Shown in pieces: positions 8,370 to 16,539 of a stretch of DNA of 24,130 bases. Source of the DNA: Mycobacteriales bacterium (lineage in GTDB: Bacteria > Actinomycetota > Actinomycetes > BP-191); contig JBDSAK010000112.1 of assembly GCA_039922195.1 (NCBI GenBank), forward strand, positions 1 to 24,130, read 5' to 3'. The notes beneath the pieces are model-generated. The model saw nothing but the letters and a program-made list of their open reading frames with translations. It had not been told where the DNA came from and ran no database searches. The stretch's first letter is position 1, and every line of letters starts with the position of its first letter. The position numbers and the translations under genes are program-made.

Positions 8370-8764
8370 GCCGTACCGTTTTGGCGGCCTCGGGTAAGCC
8401 AGACCCCAGCGGCCGCTAGGACCAAGGCGACCGCGCCGACGACATACCAGGGCGTCGCGTTGACGCCGCCGCCGCAGGTCACCGACGTGAGCTGGCCAGG
8501 TGCCAGCGTGCTAGGCACCGTGCACGGAGCGCCGCCTTCACTGCTGCTGCGAACGGCGACGACCAGCAAAGCGGCGCCGACGCCCGCCATCGCGCCGAAG
8601 GTGCCCCGGCCGAAGGAGAGTACGCGCGCGACGACGACGAGGGCGACCAGCGCTACGGGAAGGATGTAGACACCAATCGAAGCGATGCTCAGCAGCGCCG
8701 CTGCGACCAGGAAACCCACGACCGCCCAGCCGGCGAAGCCCGCCCGCAGGCGGTTATTGGTCAC
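8342..8764 (-). CDS. Hypothetical integral membrane protein (about 4 TM)
   Basis: 140 aa from GTG 8764 with GGGGAGG SD; hydrophobic segments flank a small loop with two Cys (GAPCTVP...VTCGGG). Confidence 0.7.
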   Translation of the reverse strand: MTNNRLRAGFAGWAVVGFLVAAALLSIASIGVYILPVALVALVVVARVLSFGRGTFGAMAGVGAALLVVAVRSSSEGGAPCTVPSTLAPGQLTSVTCGGGVNATPWYVVGAVALVLAAAGVWLTRGRQNGTATLWVPPHP

Positions 8765-9003
8765 TGTCGACCTCCCCGAGGGAGCGGCATCGTCGAACGC
8801 TGCGATACCAGCTTGTGTACGGCGGGAGACTACCTGAACCTTCTCAGCCCGCGGAGAAGTCGCCATCAGGGAACGTCACGAACAGGACGCCAGGCGGCCG
8901 GCGTCGAGAACTCGATCAGCGCGTTTCCGTAGGCAAAGTCTCGGCTGGGAGACAGCGTCTCTGCCGCGACGTCCTCGCTTTCGGAAGCCGCCTGCGCCCT
9001 GGT

Positions 9004-9072
9004 GGATCAACGTGTCACGATCCCCGTGGGACGCCTGCGGGGATTTCCGAGTGAACCGTGACAACGTGATCC
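9004..9072. repeat. Imperfect 16-bp inverted repeat enclosing an 11-bp hairpin
   Basis: GGATCAACGTGTCACG (9004-9019) vs CGTGACAACGTGATCC (9057-9072; reverse complement GGATCACGTTGTCACG). Inner ATCCCCGTGGG-acg-CCTGCGGGGAT at 9020-9044 (two G-U pairs). Confidence 0.55.
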
Positions 9073-9144
9073 ATTGTCGCGTCCGGGCGTGGCGGCGTAC
9101 GCCGATAGGCTGCCCGACGTCAGGTCGCGGCGAGCGGAGGTGCG

Positions 9145-9411
9145 ATGACCGAACGCCGGCGCGACCCGCCTCCGCTGCGAACCAACGACATGCGCACGGT
9201 CGCCGTCGGCACCGCACTGTGGCTCGGCGTCCTGCTCGGCCTCGTCCTCCGCCACGATTCCGTCGAACGCGCCGGACTCCTCTGGTGGTATGCGATGTGC
9301 GCGTGCGGAATCGCCCTCGGACTGCTCGGCGTCGTCTACCTCAAGGTGCGGCCGGCGCAACTGGAACGGAAACAGCGCCGGCGGGACGAGGAGCGTTCGC
9401 TGCTCCCGTGA
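9145..9411 (+). CDS. DUF2530-family small membrane protein
   Basis: 88 aa; PPPLRTNDMRTVAVGTALW...WWYAMCACGIALGLLG pattern; GGAGG SD; TAGGCT -10 at 9106-9111. Confidence 0.85.
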   Translation: MTERRRDPPPLRTNDMRTVAVGTALWLGVLLGLVLRHDSVERAGLLWWYAMCACGIALGLLGVVYLKVRPAQLERKQRRRDEERSLLP

Positions 9412-10288
9412 CGTTCGTCATGATCGTGTAGACCGACGTGGTCGCCGTGATGAACAGGATGTTGCGCTTCAGCCCGCCGAAGACGAGGTTGGACACCGTC
9501 TCGGGCACCAGGATCTTGCCGATGAGCGTGCCGTCCGGGTCGTAGCAGTGCACGCCGTCCTGCGCCGAGACCCAGATTCGGCCGGTGTTGTCGAGCCGCA
9601 GACCGTCGAACGTACCGGCCGTGCAGTCAGCGAGAACCTCACCGCCGCTGAGCGAACCGTCGGCACCGACGTCGAATCGGCGGAGGTGCTTGGCCATCGA
9701 GTCGGCGACGTACAACGTGTCGTGGTCCAGCGAGAACGCCAGGCCGTTGGGCCGCTGGAAGTCACTGGTGACGGGAACGCAGCTGCCGTCCGCCGGGTCG
9801 TAGCGATACACATGGCAGCCGTCGATCTCGGGTGCGGCCTGAAACCCTTCGTAGTCGGTTCTGATCCCGTAGATCGGGTCGGTGAACCAGATGGTGCCGT
9901 CGCGCCGTACGACGACGTCATTGGGGCTGTTGAACCGCTTGCCGTCCCACCGGTCGACCAACACGGTGACACTGCCGTCGTGTTCGGTGCGGGTCACCCG
10001 TCGCGCACCGTGCTCGCAACTGACCAGACGTCCCTCGAGGTCGACCGTGTGCCCGTTGGCGTATCCAGCGGGCGCGCGGAATACGCCGACGACGCCGGTC
10101 GTCTCGTCCCAGCGCAACATCCGGTCGTTGGGGATGTCACTCCACGCGAAGTAGCGGCCCGCCGGGAAGTACACAGGACCCTCGGCCCAGCGGCAGTCGC
10201 TGTGAATTCGTTCGAGCCGGGCATCGCCGCCGATCAGCGCGAACCGCTCGTCGAGCACTTCGAATGTCGCCGGCACTGTCTCGACCAC
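9341..10288 (-). CDS. SMP-30/gluconolactonase/LRE family protein
   Basis: 315 aa from GTG 10288; WAEGPVYF, WSDIPNDRMLRW, FNSPNDVVV, RPNGLAFS and FDGLRLD beta-propeller metal-ligand motifs. Confidence 0.93.
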   Translation of the reverse strand: MVETVPATFEVLDERFALIGGDARLERIHSDCRWAEGPVYFPAGRYFAWSDIPNDRMLRWDETTGVVGVFRAPAGYANGHTVDLEGRLVSCEHGARRVTRTEHDGSVTVLVDRWDGKRFNSPNDVVVRRDGTIWFTDPIYGIRTDYEGFQAAPEIDGCHVYRYDPADGSCVPVTSDFQRPNGLAFSLDHDTLYVADSMAKHLRRFDVGADGSLSGGEVLADCTAGTFDGLRLDNTGRIWVSAQDGVHCYDPDGTLIGKILVPETVSNLVFGGLKRNILFITATTSVYTIMTNVTGAANAPRPAGAVSVPVAPAAP

Positions 10289-10305
10289 GCGATGTACCGC
10301 CCTTC

Positions 10306-13300
10306 TCAGTCCAGCTCTGCTTCGGCGAGCAACTCGCCTAATCGGTCGGGGTAGGCGAGCATCGCAGCGACAGCGTTTCGTTGCGACCACTGACCCAAAA
10401 GTGTGGCGAGCGCCCGTGATGCGCCGTGCACAAAGTTGTCCCGCGAGATGCTGGCGCGACCGTCGACGAGGCGCCAGGCGACCTTCGTCTCGACGCCGTC
10501 CGCGTCGTCGCACAGCAAGCTGTCGTGCTCGTCGTACGACATCTCGCGCACGTCATCAGCGATGGTCGAGCCGACGAGACCGAGTCGCTCGATCACGGCG
10601 TCGTACGACGGCAGCTGCGACCACCTGCACCGCGCGACGGAGGTACTGCGCACGGCGTACTCCGCCAGGCCCGTCGCGAGCGGGACCTCGAGCACCTGCG
10701 TGGCGGCCGACGACAGGGTGAGTGGCACGGGGACAACCGGCCGGTCCCCTACCAGCCCTACCAGGTCGGGCGCGTCGACGATGACGGCCTGCGTGGGCAC
10801 GACAGCGCGCACCATCTCGCCGCGCACCACCCCGCGCACCGAGTCGATCGCGGGGAGGTCGTCGTCGAGGAAGTGTGCGAGCGCCGAGCACGCCGGGCCG
10901 TAGAGTGCACGCAGCTGATGCCGCGCGACGTTCCGCACTGGATCGCCGAGCCGGTCGAGCAAGTCGACCAGCGGGCGCGGGCCGGCGGTGAGCAGTTGCC
11001 CGAGCGACGCAACGGCGCCGAGCTCCGCAATCAGCGCGGCAGCAGCGGGATCCAGCTCCGGCGCAACGTCGTACAAGCCGGCAAGCACGGACGGCGCGGC
11101 CGGCGACCGGAGCTCGGAGGGGCGGGCGAGATGGCCATCGCCCAGGGGCACGCAGCCATGGTTGTCGAGCCACCACCGCGTGTACGACGGACCGTCGGCG
11201 CTGCGGCCGTCCGGCAGGAGCAGGCGCACCGGCTCGGTGACGATCGGCCGCAGCTCAGGGCTGGCGAGCTCGATGAGTGCGTCCGACCAGCGGTCTGCGG
11301 CAATCCACTCGAGATCGCGAATCGCTCGAAATTCGGTCACCAGTGGCGGCGCGGCGCCATCGCCCGCATCGAGCGATGCCAGCCAGTCTCCTTCGCCGTC
11401 GAGGAACAGCGCCGCAGCCGCCGACTCCGCGGGCACGTCCTCGGCCCGCACGACGGCGAACGTGCGGAGTACGCCGACCGCTTCTAGTGCCTCGGCGCCG
11501 AACTGCTGCACGTGCTCTTCGGACACCCCACCGAAAGGGGCGTCGGCGTCCATGAGTTCGCCAAGGCGTCCACCGGCGGACGCCGGCAGCAGCAGTTCGC
11601 CGGCGGGTTGCAAGTCGCCGTCGGAGTTGCGCAGTGCCAGGTCGGCGAGCCACAACCGTTCGCGCGCCGCGTGTGGCCGCGCCGCTGCCAGCGTCAGCAC
11701 GGCGCGAGCCACGGCGTCGGCGTCCACCTCGGGTGCGTCGTCGAGCGAAGACTCGACGGCATCGCGCAGAGCAGGCTCGTCGAGCAACGCGCCCGCGTCG
11801 GCATCGACCGCACCAAGGGCGCGCAACACCTGCGCACTCTCCGCCGACACTGCGTCGGGATGCACGGCACGCACGGCCAGGCCGAGATCGACGAGGGGTC
11901 GCAGGTCGACGCCATCGGTCGGGAGCAACAGCCCGCGTGGGCCGGACGCCAGCCGGCCGTCCGCGAGCGGCACTCGCAGTGCACGCAACGCATCGCGGTC
12001 GGCAGCGCGGCCGAGGGCCGCAAAAGCCACCGCCCACCACGCAGGGGGCTGATCCAGCGCCGCCAGCAGTTCGACGACATCGGCGGTGTCGAGCCGCCGT
12101 ACGCCGAGCGCGGCGAGCGCGCCATGGCGGCGAGAGTGCGCGGCGCTGATCAGCTGGGGCAGCAGCGGCGCGAGCACAGCGGTGATGTCGTCCGACGCGT
12201 TGCCGGCATCGACGACAGCGGCTTCCGCTGGGCGCAACCGCACGGAGACATCGCCGGCCGACGCCAGGAAAGCCGACGTCGCCAGCCGGTCGGCAAGACC
12301 TGCTCGAAGAGCCGCATCAATCTGTCCGCCGGGCAGGCCGGTCGGGACGAGGTCGAGCAGTTCGGGTCGTGGCGGGGCTTCGGCGAGCATCGCCGTGTAC
12401 AACGCTGCCGCGCGCTCGAGCAGGTAACTGGTCATCGGCGAGGACAGCGCGTGTCGACGGGTTGCATCGAGCGGTACGGAAGCAGCGACGATGGCGGCGA
12501 CAGACAGTTGTTCGTCCGTCGGCTGCGGCGCGCGCAGCACGCGGGCGAACTCCTCGGGCAACGGCACGACGTCCTCGCCGGTCATCGCGAACGCCACGCC
12601 CACGTGCCACCCCGCGCGCTCGCGGTCTTCGACGGCTTGCGCGCCACGCAACTCGGCCGGCAGGTCCCCGCGGCGCGAGCGGACCCACCACCGCCGGCCC
12701 CCGAGCGTGACCCGCTCGCCGTCCCAGTCCGTCGTCAGCGACCACTCATCGTCCGGCGTCTCGACGACGAGCTCGCGTAAGCCGGGCAAGAACAGTTGCA
12801 GTGTCGGATCGGCACCCGCGACGAGTTCGGCACCGAGCGCCGCAGCCATGTCATCGCGCCAGGGCACCACGACGACGGTGTCGTAGCCGCGGTCGAGCAG
12901 GAGCCGAGTGCTCCGGTCGTACTCGTCCGCCGGGAACGGCAACCGCATCACCGGTGCGGAACCCGCGCGCCGCCGTAGCTCAGCCGTCAGCGACGGCACA
13001 GCCGCGACGAGCGCCGCCGTTTCCTCGCGTGACCACCGCACCCCCCCGGCGTGCGACATCACTGCCGGCGCATCCGTGACGGCCAGCACCGCCTTGAAGC
13101 CGACACCGAACCGGCCGACCGACCCCTCGGCCTTGGTCGACGCGCGCAGGTGGCTGAGCGACTCGACGCCGGCAGCAGTCAGCGGCGCGCCAGTGTTGGC
13201 GGCGTACAACGCCTGCGGCGTAAGGACAAATCGAACACGGCCGGGTACGCCGGCGGTCGCCGCGGCGTCGGCGGCGTTCTGCGCGATCTCGTAGACCAGG

Positions 13301-13428
13301 CGGTCGGCGTACGCGCGATGCGCGTAGTCCTCCTCTGTGTTGGCGTCCTCGCGAAATCGAGTCGGGCTCGCGGACCACGCGTCGAGGACGCGCGCGCGGA
13401 TCTCCTGCGTTCCGAACGGATCCGTCAC
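10306..13428 (-). CDS. Sacsin-like N-terminal GHKL ATPase domain protein
   Basis: 1040 aa from GTG 13428 (overlaps upstream stop, GTGA); DPFGT...FREDANTEED, YEIAQNAADAA (N box), ANTGAPLT (G1), GRFGVGFKAV (G2); long Ala/Leu-rich helical remainder. Confidence 0.85.
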   Translation of the reverse strand: MTDPFGTQEIRARVLDAWSASPTRFREDANTEEDYAHRAYADRLVYEIAQNAADAAATAGVPGRVRFVLTPQALYAANTGAPLTAAGVESLSHLRASTKAEGSVGRFGVGFKAVLAVTDAPAVMSHAGGVRWSREETAALVAAVPSLTAELRRRAGSAPVMRLPFPADEYDRSTRLLLDRGYDTVVVVPWRDDMAAALGAELVAGADPTLQLFLPGLRELVVETPDDEWSLTTDWDGERVTLGGRRWWVRSRRGDLPAELRGAQAVEDRERAGWHVGVAFAMTGEDVVPLPEEFARVLRAPQPTDEQLSVAAIVAASVPLDATRRHALSSPMTSYLLERAAALYTAMLAEAPPRPELLDLVPTGLPGGQIDAALRAGLADRLATSAFLASAGDVSVRLRPAEAAVVDAGNASDDITAVLAPLLPQLISAAHSRRHGALAALGVRRLDTADVVELLAALDQPPAWWAVAFAALGRAADRDALRALRVPLADGRLASGPRGLLLPTDGVDLRPLVDLGLAVRAVHPDAVSAESAQVLRALGAVDADAGALLDEPALRDAVESSLDDAPEVDADAVARAVLTLAAARPHAARERLWLADLALRNSDGDLQPAGELLLPASAGGRLGELMDADAPFGGVSEEHVQQFGAEALEAVGVLRTFAVVRAEDVPAESAAAALFLDGEGDWLASLDAGDGAAPPLVTEFRAIRDLEWIAADRWSDALIELASPELRPIVTEPVRLLLPDGRSADGPSYTRWWLDNHGCVPLGDGHLARPSELRSPAAPSVLAGLYDVAPELDPAAAALIAELGAVASLGQLLTAGPRPLVDLLDRLGDPVRNVARHQLRALYGPACSALAHFLDDDLPAIDSVRGVVRGEMVRAVVPTQAVIVDAPDLVGLVGDRPVVPVPLTLSSAATQVLEVPLATGLAEYAVRSTSVARCRWSQLPSYDAVIERLGLVGSTIADDVREMSYDEHDSLLCDDADGVETKVAWRLVDGRASISRDNFVHGASRALATLLGQWSQRNAVAAMLAYPDRLGELLAEAELD

Positions 13429-13907
13429 GGAATCGAATGCAGCAGGGTGGTCCAGCCCGGGTCGCGGCGACTCATCACCTGCGCGCCGGGAAGGACGGAC
13501 GTCATCTCCGCCGCCCACCCCGCCAGCCAGGCGTCGTCATCCGAGTAGCCGACGTACTCGCGAACGCCGGCCGTCGTCACGACGAGGACGAGCCGGCCGC
13601 GCTCGTCCCGCTCCATACTCGATCGCACCTGTTCGCCCACCCCGACGAGGCGATATTCCTCGGCGGGCGTGGGAAGCCCCTCGGGTCCGGCGACCAGCGG
13701 CACAGCAATCGCGATCTGCAGGTCGAAGCCGGCGACAGGCGCCAACGCGACGGCAAGTGGATCCCACCGGACCTGCACCGGCAGCGAGTTGTCGTCCTCA
13801 CCCATCGCCTCGCGCCAGTCGTCCCCGGTGTCGGCGGCGATGGAGGCGAGTGGCACGACCGACTCCGATGTCGTGCGCAGGGCGGGGAACGGCAGTTCGA
13901 CCATCAC
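13425..13907 (-). CDS. Hypothetical protein, DUF695-like
   Basis: 160 aa, GTGA-coupled at both ends; GLPTPAEEYRL...GRLVLVVTTAGVREYVGYSDD resembles the DUF695 pattern (by eye only). Confidence 0.65.
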   Translation of the reverse strand: MMVELPFPALRTTSESVVPLASIAADTGDDWREAMGEDDNSLPVQVRWDPLAVALAPVAGFDLQIAIAVPLVAGPEGLPTPAEEYRLVGVGEQVRSSMERDERGRLVLVVTTAGVREYVGYSDDDAWLAGWAAEMTSVLPGAQVMSRRDPGWTTLLHSIP

Positions 13908-14740
13908 GAATGGCCGAACGCCGCGGTCTCCTCGGAGTCATCTGCGAGCGCGTCGACGACCGAGGATTCCACGGTGCCGCCGGCGGCGATTGCGTCGACG
14001 GCGTCGTCCGCAACGATGGCGACGTCCTCCAGCTCACCAGGGACTTCGCGCGGCACCAGGTCGATCACCGTGGGGAAGCCCTCAGAGTGCGCCCCGCAAC
14101 CGTGGTCGACCGAAACCACGCGGCCGTCGTCCGGTGCGTACTCGTTGGCGCAGATGCCGAAGGCGAGACCCAACGCGCCGGTGACCGGAACGAAGAAGCC
14201 ACAGCTGACGCAGTGCGCGGGAGCCTGCCGGGCGATCGGCGCATCAGGGCCGTGTTCGCCGCCGTACCAGCGCTCCGCTGCCTCGGTGCGGCCGACGTCG
14301 GAGAGCACGCGCATCCGGCCGACGCCCATCTCGATGAAACCGTCGTCGCTCTCGGTGTCCTCGATCACCAACTGCAGTCGCTCGTCGTCAGCCGGCGCCG
14401 GCAACAGGTCGCCGGGCCTCAAGTCACCGGGCAGCAGCCGTTCGGACCACGGCAGCCACTCGGGTGCGAGCAGGGAGTCGGGTCCGGGCAGGAGTACGAC
14501 GTCGTTGACCGTCGCGACTTTGGCACGCGACGCCCTGGCGACCTGCACGCCCCAGCGCCATCCGCCGTACGCCGGATCGGTGCACTCGAACAGGTGCGTG
14601 GCGACGCGCTCGCCGTCGTCGTCGATGCCCACGTGATCGCCGACCTGAGCGCCGCCGACGGCCAGGGCCGCCGCGCGCGCGATATCGACTGCCGCGGCGC
14701 ACACGGCGTCGAGCGTGCTGCGGGGTTCGGTGGGAGTCAT
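13904..14740 (-). CDS. DUF3027-family protein
   Basis: 278 aa from ATG 14740 (CACAAT -10 six nt upstream; alternative start 14758); ATHLFEC...YGGWRW, LLAPEWLPWSERLLPGDL, CVSCGFF and FGICANEYAPDDGRVVSVDHGCGAHSE. Confidence 0.9.
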   Translation of the reverse strand: MTPTEPRSTLDAVCAAAVDIARAAALAVGGAQVGDHVGIDDDGERVATHLFECTDPAYGGWRWGVQVARASRAKVATVNDVVLLPGPDSLLAPEWLPWSERLLPGDLRPGDLLPAPADDERLQLVIEDTESDDGFIEMGVGRMRVLSDVGRTEAAERWYGGEHGPDAPIARQAPAHCVSCGFFVPVTGALGLAFGICANEYAPDDGRVVSVDHGCGAHSEGFPTVIDLVPREVPGELEDVAIVADDAVDAIAAGGTVESSVVDALADDSEETAAFGHS

Positions 14741-14797
14741 CCTGCGATTGTGAGGCATGCGGCGACCGGCGGCCTATCCGCCCCGCTTGCGCATGCC

Positions 14798-14803
14798 TAC
14801 TAT
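14798..14803 (+). promoter_or_regulatory. Putative -10 element (TACTAT) of the MFS-DUF2771-J-mqnB-mqnD operon
   Basis: TAnnnT hexamer 30 nt upstream of ATG 14834, with AGGAGG SD at 14821-14826. Confidence 0.45.
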
Positions 14804-14833
14804 CGTGGCTCGCGACCGCCAGGAGGCGCCCGG

Positions 14834-16120
14834 ATGAGCATTGGCGAGCACCCGCCCGCCGAGGCGTTCCGGCCGCTGCGCGAATGGGCGACCACCGGGT
14901 TCACCTGGCTGCTCCGGATGCACGCCGCGGGCATGGCCGGCGACGCCCTGGTGACGATCAGCCTGGCCAACTCGCTGTTCTTCTCGGTGCCGATCGGTGA
15001 AGCGCGCGGCAAGGTCGCCCTCTACCTGCTGACGACGATGGCGCCGTTCGTCCTGCTCGCGCCGTTCATCGGCCCGCTGCTCGACCGCACGCGCAGGGGC
15101 CGCCGGCTGGCGCTCGCGGGCACGATGCTCGGCCGCGCCGGGCTGGTGTGGTTCATGTCGGACAACACGAACAGCCTGGCGCTGTTTCCGGCCGCGCTCG
15201 GCGTACTCATGCTGTCGAAGGGCTACGCGGTCGCGCGGGCCGCGGTGGCGCCTCGCGTGCTCCCGCCCGGCAGCACTCTCGTGGGTGTCAACGCGCGGAC
15301 CACCCTGACCGGCGCGGTCGCCGGTGCCATCGCGATCCCGATCGGCGTGGCCCTCGCGCACGTCACGCACGGGTCTCAGTGGACGCTGCGCGTCGCCGCT
15401 GTCGTCTTCATTGCGGCGACCGCCTTCGCCCTCCGCCTGCCGAAGACCGTCAACGCGGAGCCGCACATCGCGTCCGACGCGACCGACGCAGTCGGCGCAC
15501 CCACGCCACGTGTGGCGACGGTGGTGCGCGCTGCCGCCTCTCTGCGCACGCTCGCCGGTTTCCTGACGTTCTTCCTCGCCTTCCGGGTGAAGAAGGATGG
15601 CAAGGGCTTTGACCTCGAAGTTCTCGGCTTCTTCACCTCCGATGAAGCAACGTTCCGGCTCGGAATGCTCGGCGTCGCCGCGATCGGGGCAAGCATGTGC
15701 GGCACCGCGGTCGCCGCACTCGCCCGGCAACAGGTGCCGGAACGGCTGCTGCAACTCGCGCTCGTTGGCGCCAGCCTGGCGCTTGTCGTCGGTGCGATTC
15801 ACTACGACTTCCGCGCAGCGATCATCGGTGTCATCGCCAGCGGCCTGTTCGGCAGCCTCAGCAAGCTCGCACTCGACGCAATCTTGCAGCGCGACGTGGC
15901 CGAGGCGGTGCGTGCCCAGGCTTTCGCCCGCAGCGAGACAGCGTTGCAACTGGCGTGGGTCGGGGGTGGCGCGTTCGGCCTGATCGACATGTCCGGCAGG
16001 GTCGGCTTCGCCGCAGCGGCGCTGCTGATCATTGCGGTCACCGTGAATACGGTGCGCACGCTGCGGCAGCGGGCCGGTAGCCTGTCAGTCTCGACATCGA
16101 CCGACCGGAGCACCACGTGA
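14834..16120 (+). CDS. MFS-type membrane transporter
   Basis: 428 aa from ATG 14834; AGDALVTISLANSLFF, TMAPFVLLAPFIGPLLDR, SKLALDAILQRDV and AFARSET motifs. The 927-aa ORF in the track is this gene plus a shadow 5' extension. Confidence 0.88.
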   Translation: MSIGEHPPAEAFRPLREWATTGFTWLLRMHAAGMAGDALVTISLANSLFFSVPIGEARGKVALYLLTTMAPFVLLAPFIGPLLDRTRRGRRLALAGTMLGRAGLVWFMSDNTNSLALFPAALGVLMLSKGYAVARAAVAPRVLPPGSTLVGVNARTTLTGAVAGAIAIPIGVALAHVTHGSQWTLRVAAVVFIAATAFALRLPKTVNAEPHIASDATDAVGAPTPRVATVVRAAASLRTLAGFLTFFLAFRVKKDGKGFDLEVLGFFTSDEATFRLGMLGVAAIGASMCGTAVAALARQQVPERLLQLALVGASLALVVGAIHYDFRAAIIGVIASGLFGSLSKLALDAILQRDVAEAVRAQAFARSETALQLAWVGGGAFGLIDMSGRVGFAAAALLIIAVTVNTVRTLRQRAGSLSVSTSTDRSTT

Positions 16121-16536
16121 TCGTCCGACGCTATGTCCCCGCGGCGGCCGCTGTTCTCGCCATGGTCAGCGTGACCGCGTGCGAGAAGCCCGCGCCGCAC
16201 ATCACGGTCTTCAGCAGCGGCCGAGTGATCAACGTCGACGCGGGACGCTACTGCTTCGATGAATGCACCGAACACGCTCCCCCAACGAAGAGCATCCGGG
16301 TCCGCCGCAACAGCGTGATCGGCATCGATGTGCCCAAGCGCGTCGCCGAGAAGAGCTGGATCCTGCAGGTCGGCGAGGAGGTCCTGTTCACCGCGCCGCG
16401 CAAGGAGAGTCACTACGCCTTGAATGTTCCCAACCTGCCGGCCGGCGCCCTCCCAGTCACCATCGTCGAGGTCGGCGACGGGCTGCAAGGCAAGCCGACC
16501 GGCGCGTGGCAGTTCGAGTTCCGCGTCGTGGACTGA
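16117..16536 (+). CDS. Putative lipoprotein, DUF2771-like
   Basis: 139 aa; signal peptide with lipobox VTAC; PAPHITVFSSG followed by beta-rich sequence; GTGA-coupled to the MFS gene. Confidence 0.72.
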   Translation: MIVRRYVPAAAAVLAMVSVTACEKPAPHITVFSSGRVINVDAGRYCFDECTEHAPPTKSIRVRRNSVIGIDVPKRVAEKSWILQVGEEVLFTAPRKESHYALNVPNLPAGALPVTIVEVGDGLQGKPTGAWQFEFRVVD

Positions 16537-16539
16537 GCG

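Noticed and set aside
8931-8965. GGCAAA...GAC resemblance to a c-di-GMP-I riboswitch
   Set aside because: The GACGCAAAGC continuation and GNRA-capped stem are absent; kept only as unassigned structure.
8876-9431. Small ORFs in the 8765-9144 gap (8815-9054, 8876-9217, 9007-9360, 9012-9431)
   Set aside because: No convincing RBS, they overlap better-supported genes, and composition is noise-like; a very short peptide cannot be excluded.
10403-13294. Many overlapping plus-strand ORFs opposite the sacsin-like gene (e.g. 10426-11487, 10988-12052, 11512-12780)
   Set aside because: Shadow ORFs; no coherent domain and a single convincing minus-strand frame.
10306-13428. Calling the sacsin-like ATPase a known anti-phage system
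   Set aside because: No nuclease, helicase, methylase or other defence gene is recognisable nearby, and the surroundings look like core chromosome.
13337-14833. Apparent 927-aa fusion ORF (5' extension of the MFS gene)
   Set aside because: The extension is antisense to DUF3027 and the DUF695-like gene and reads as Arg/Pro-rich noise; a strong AGGAGG SD supports ATG 14834.
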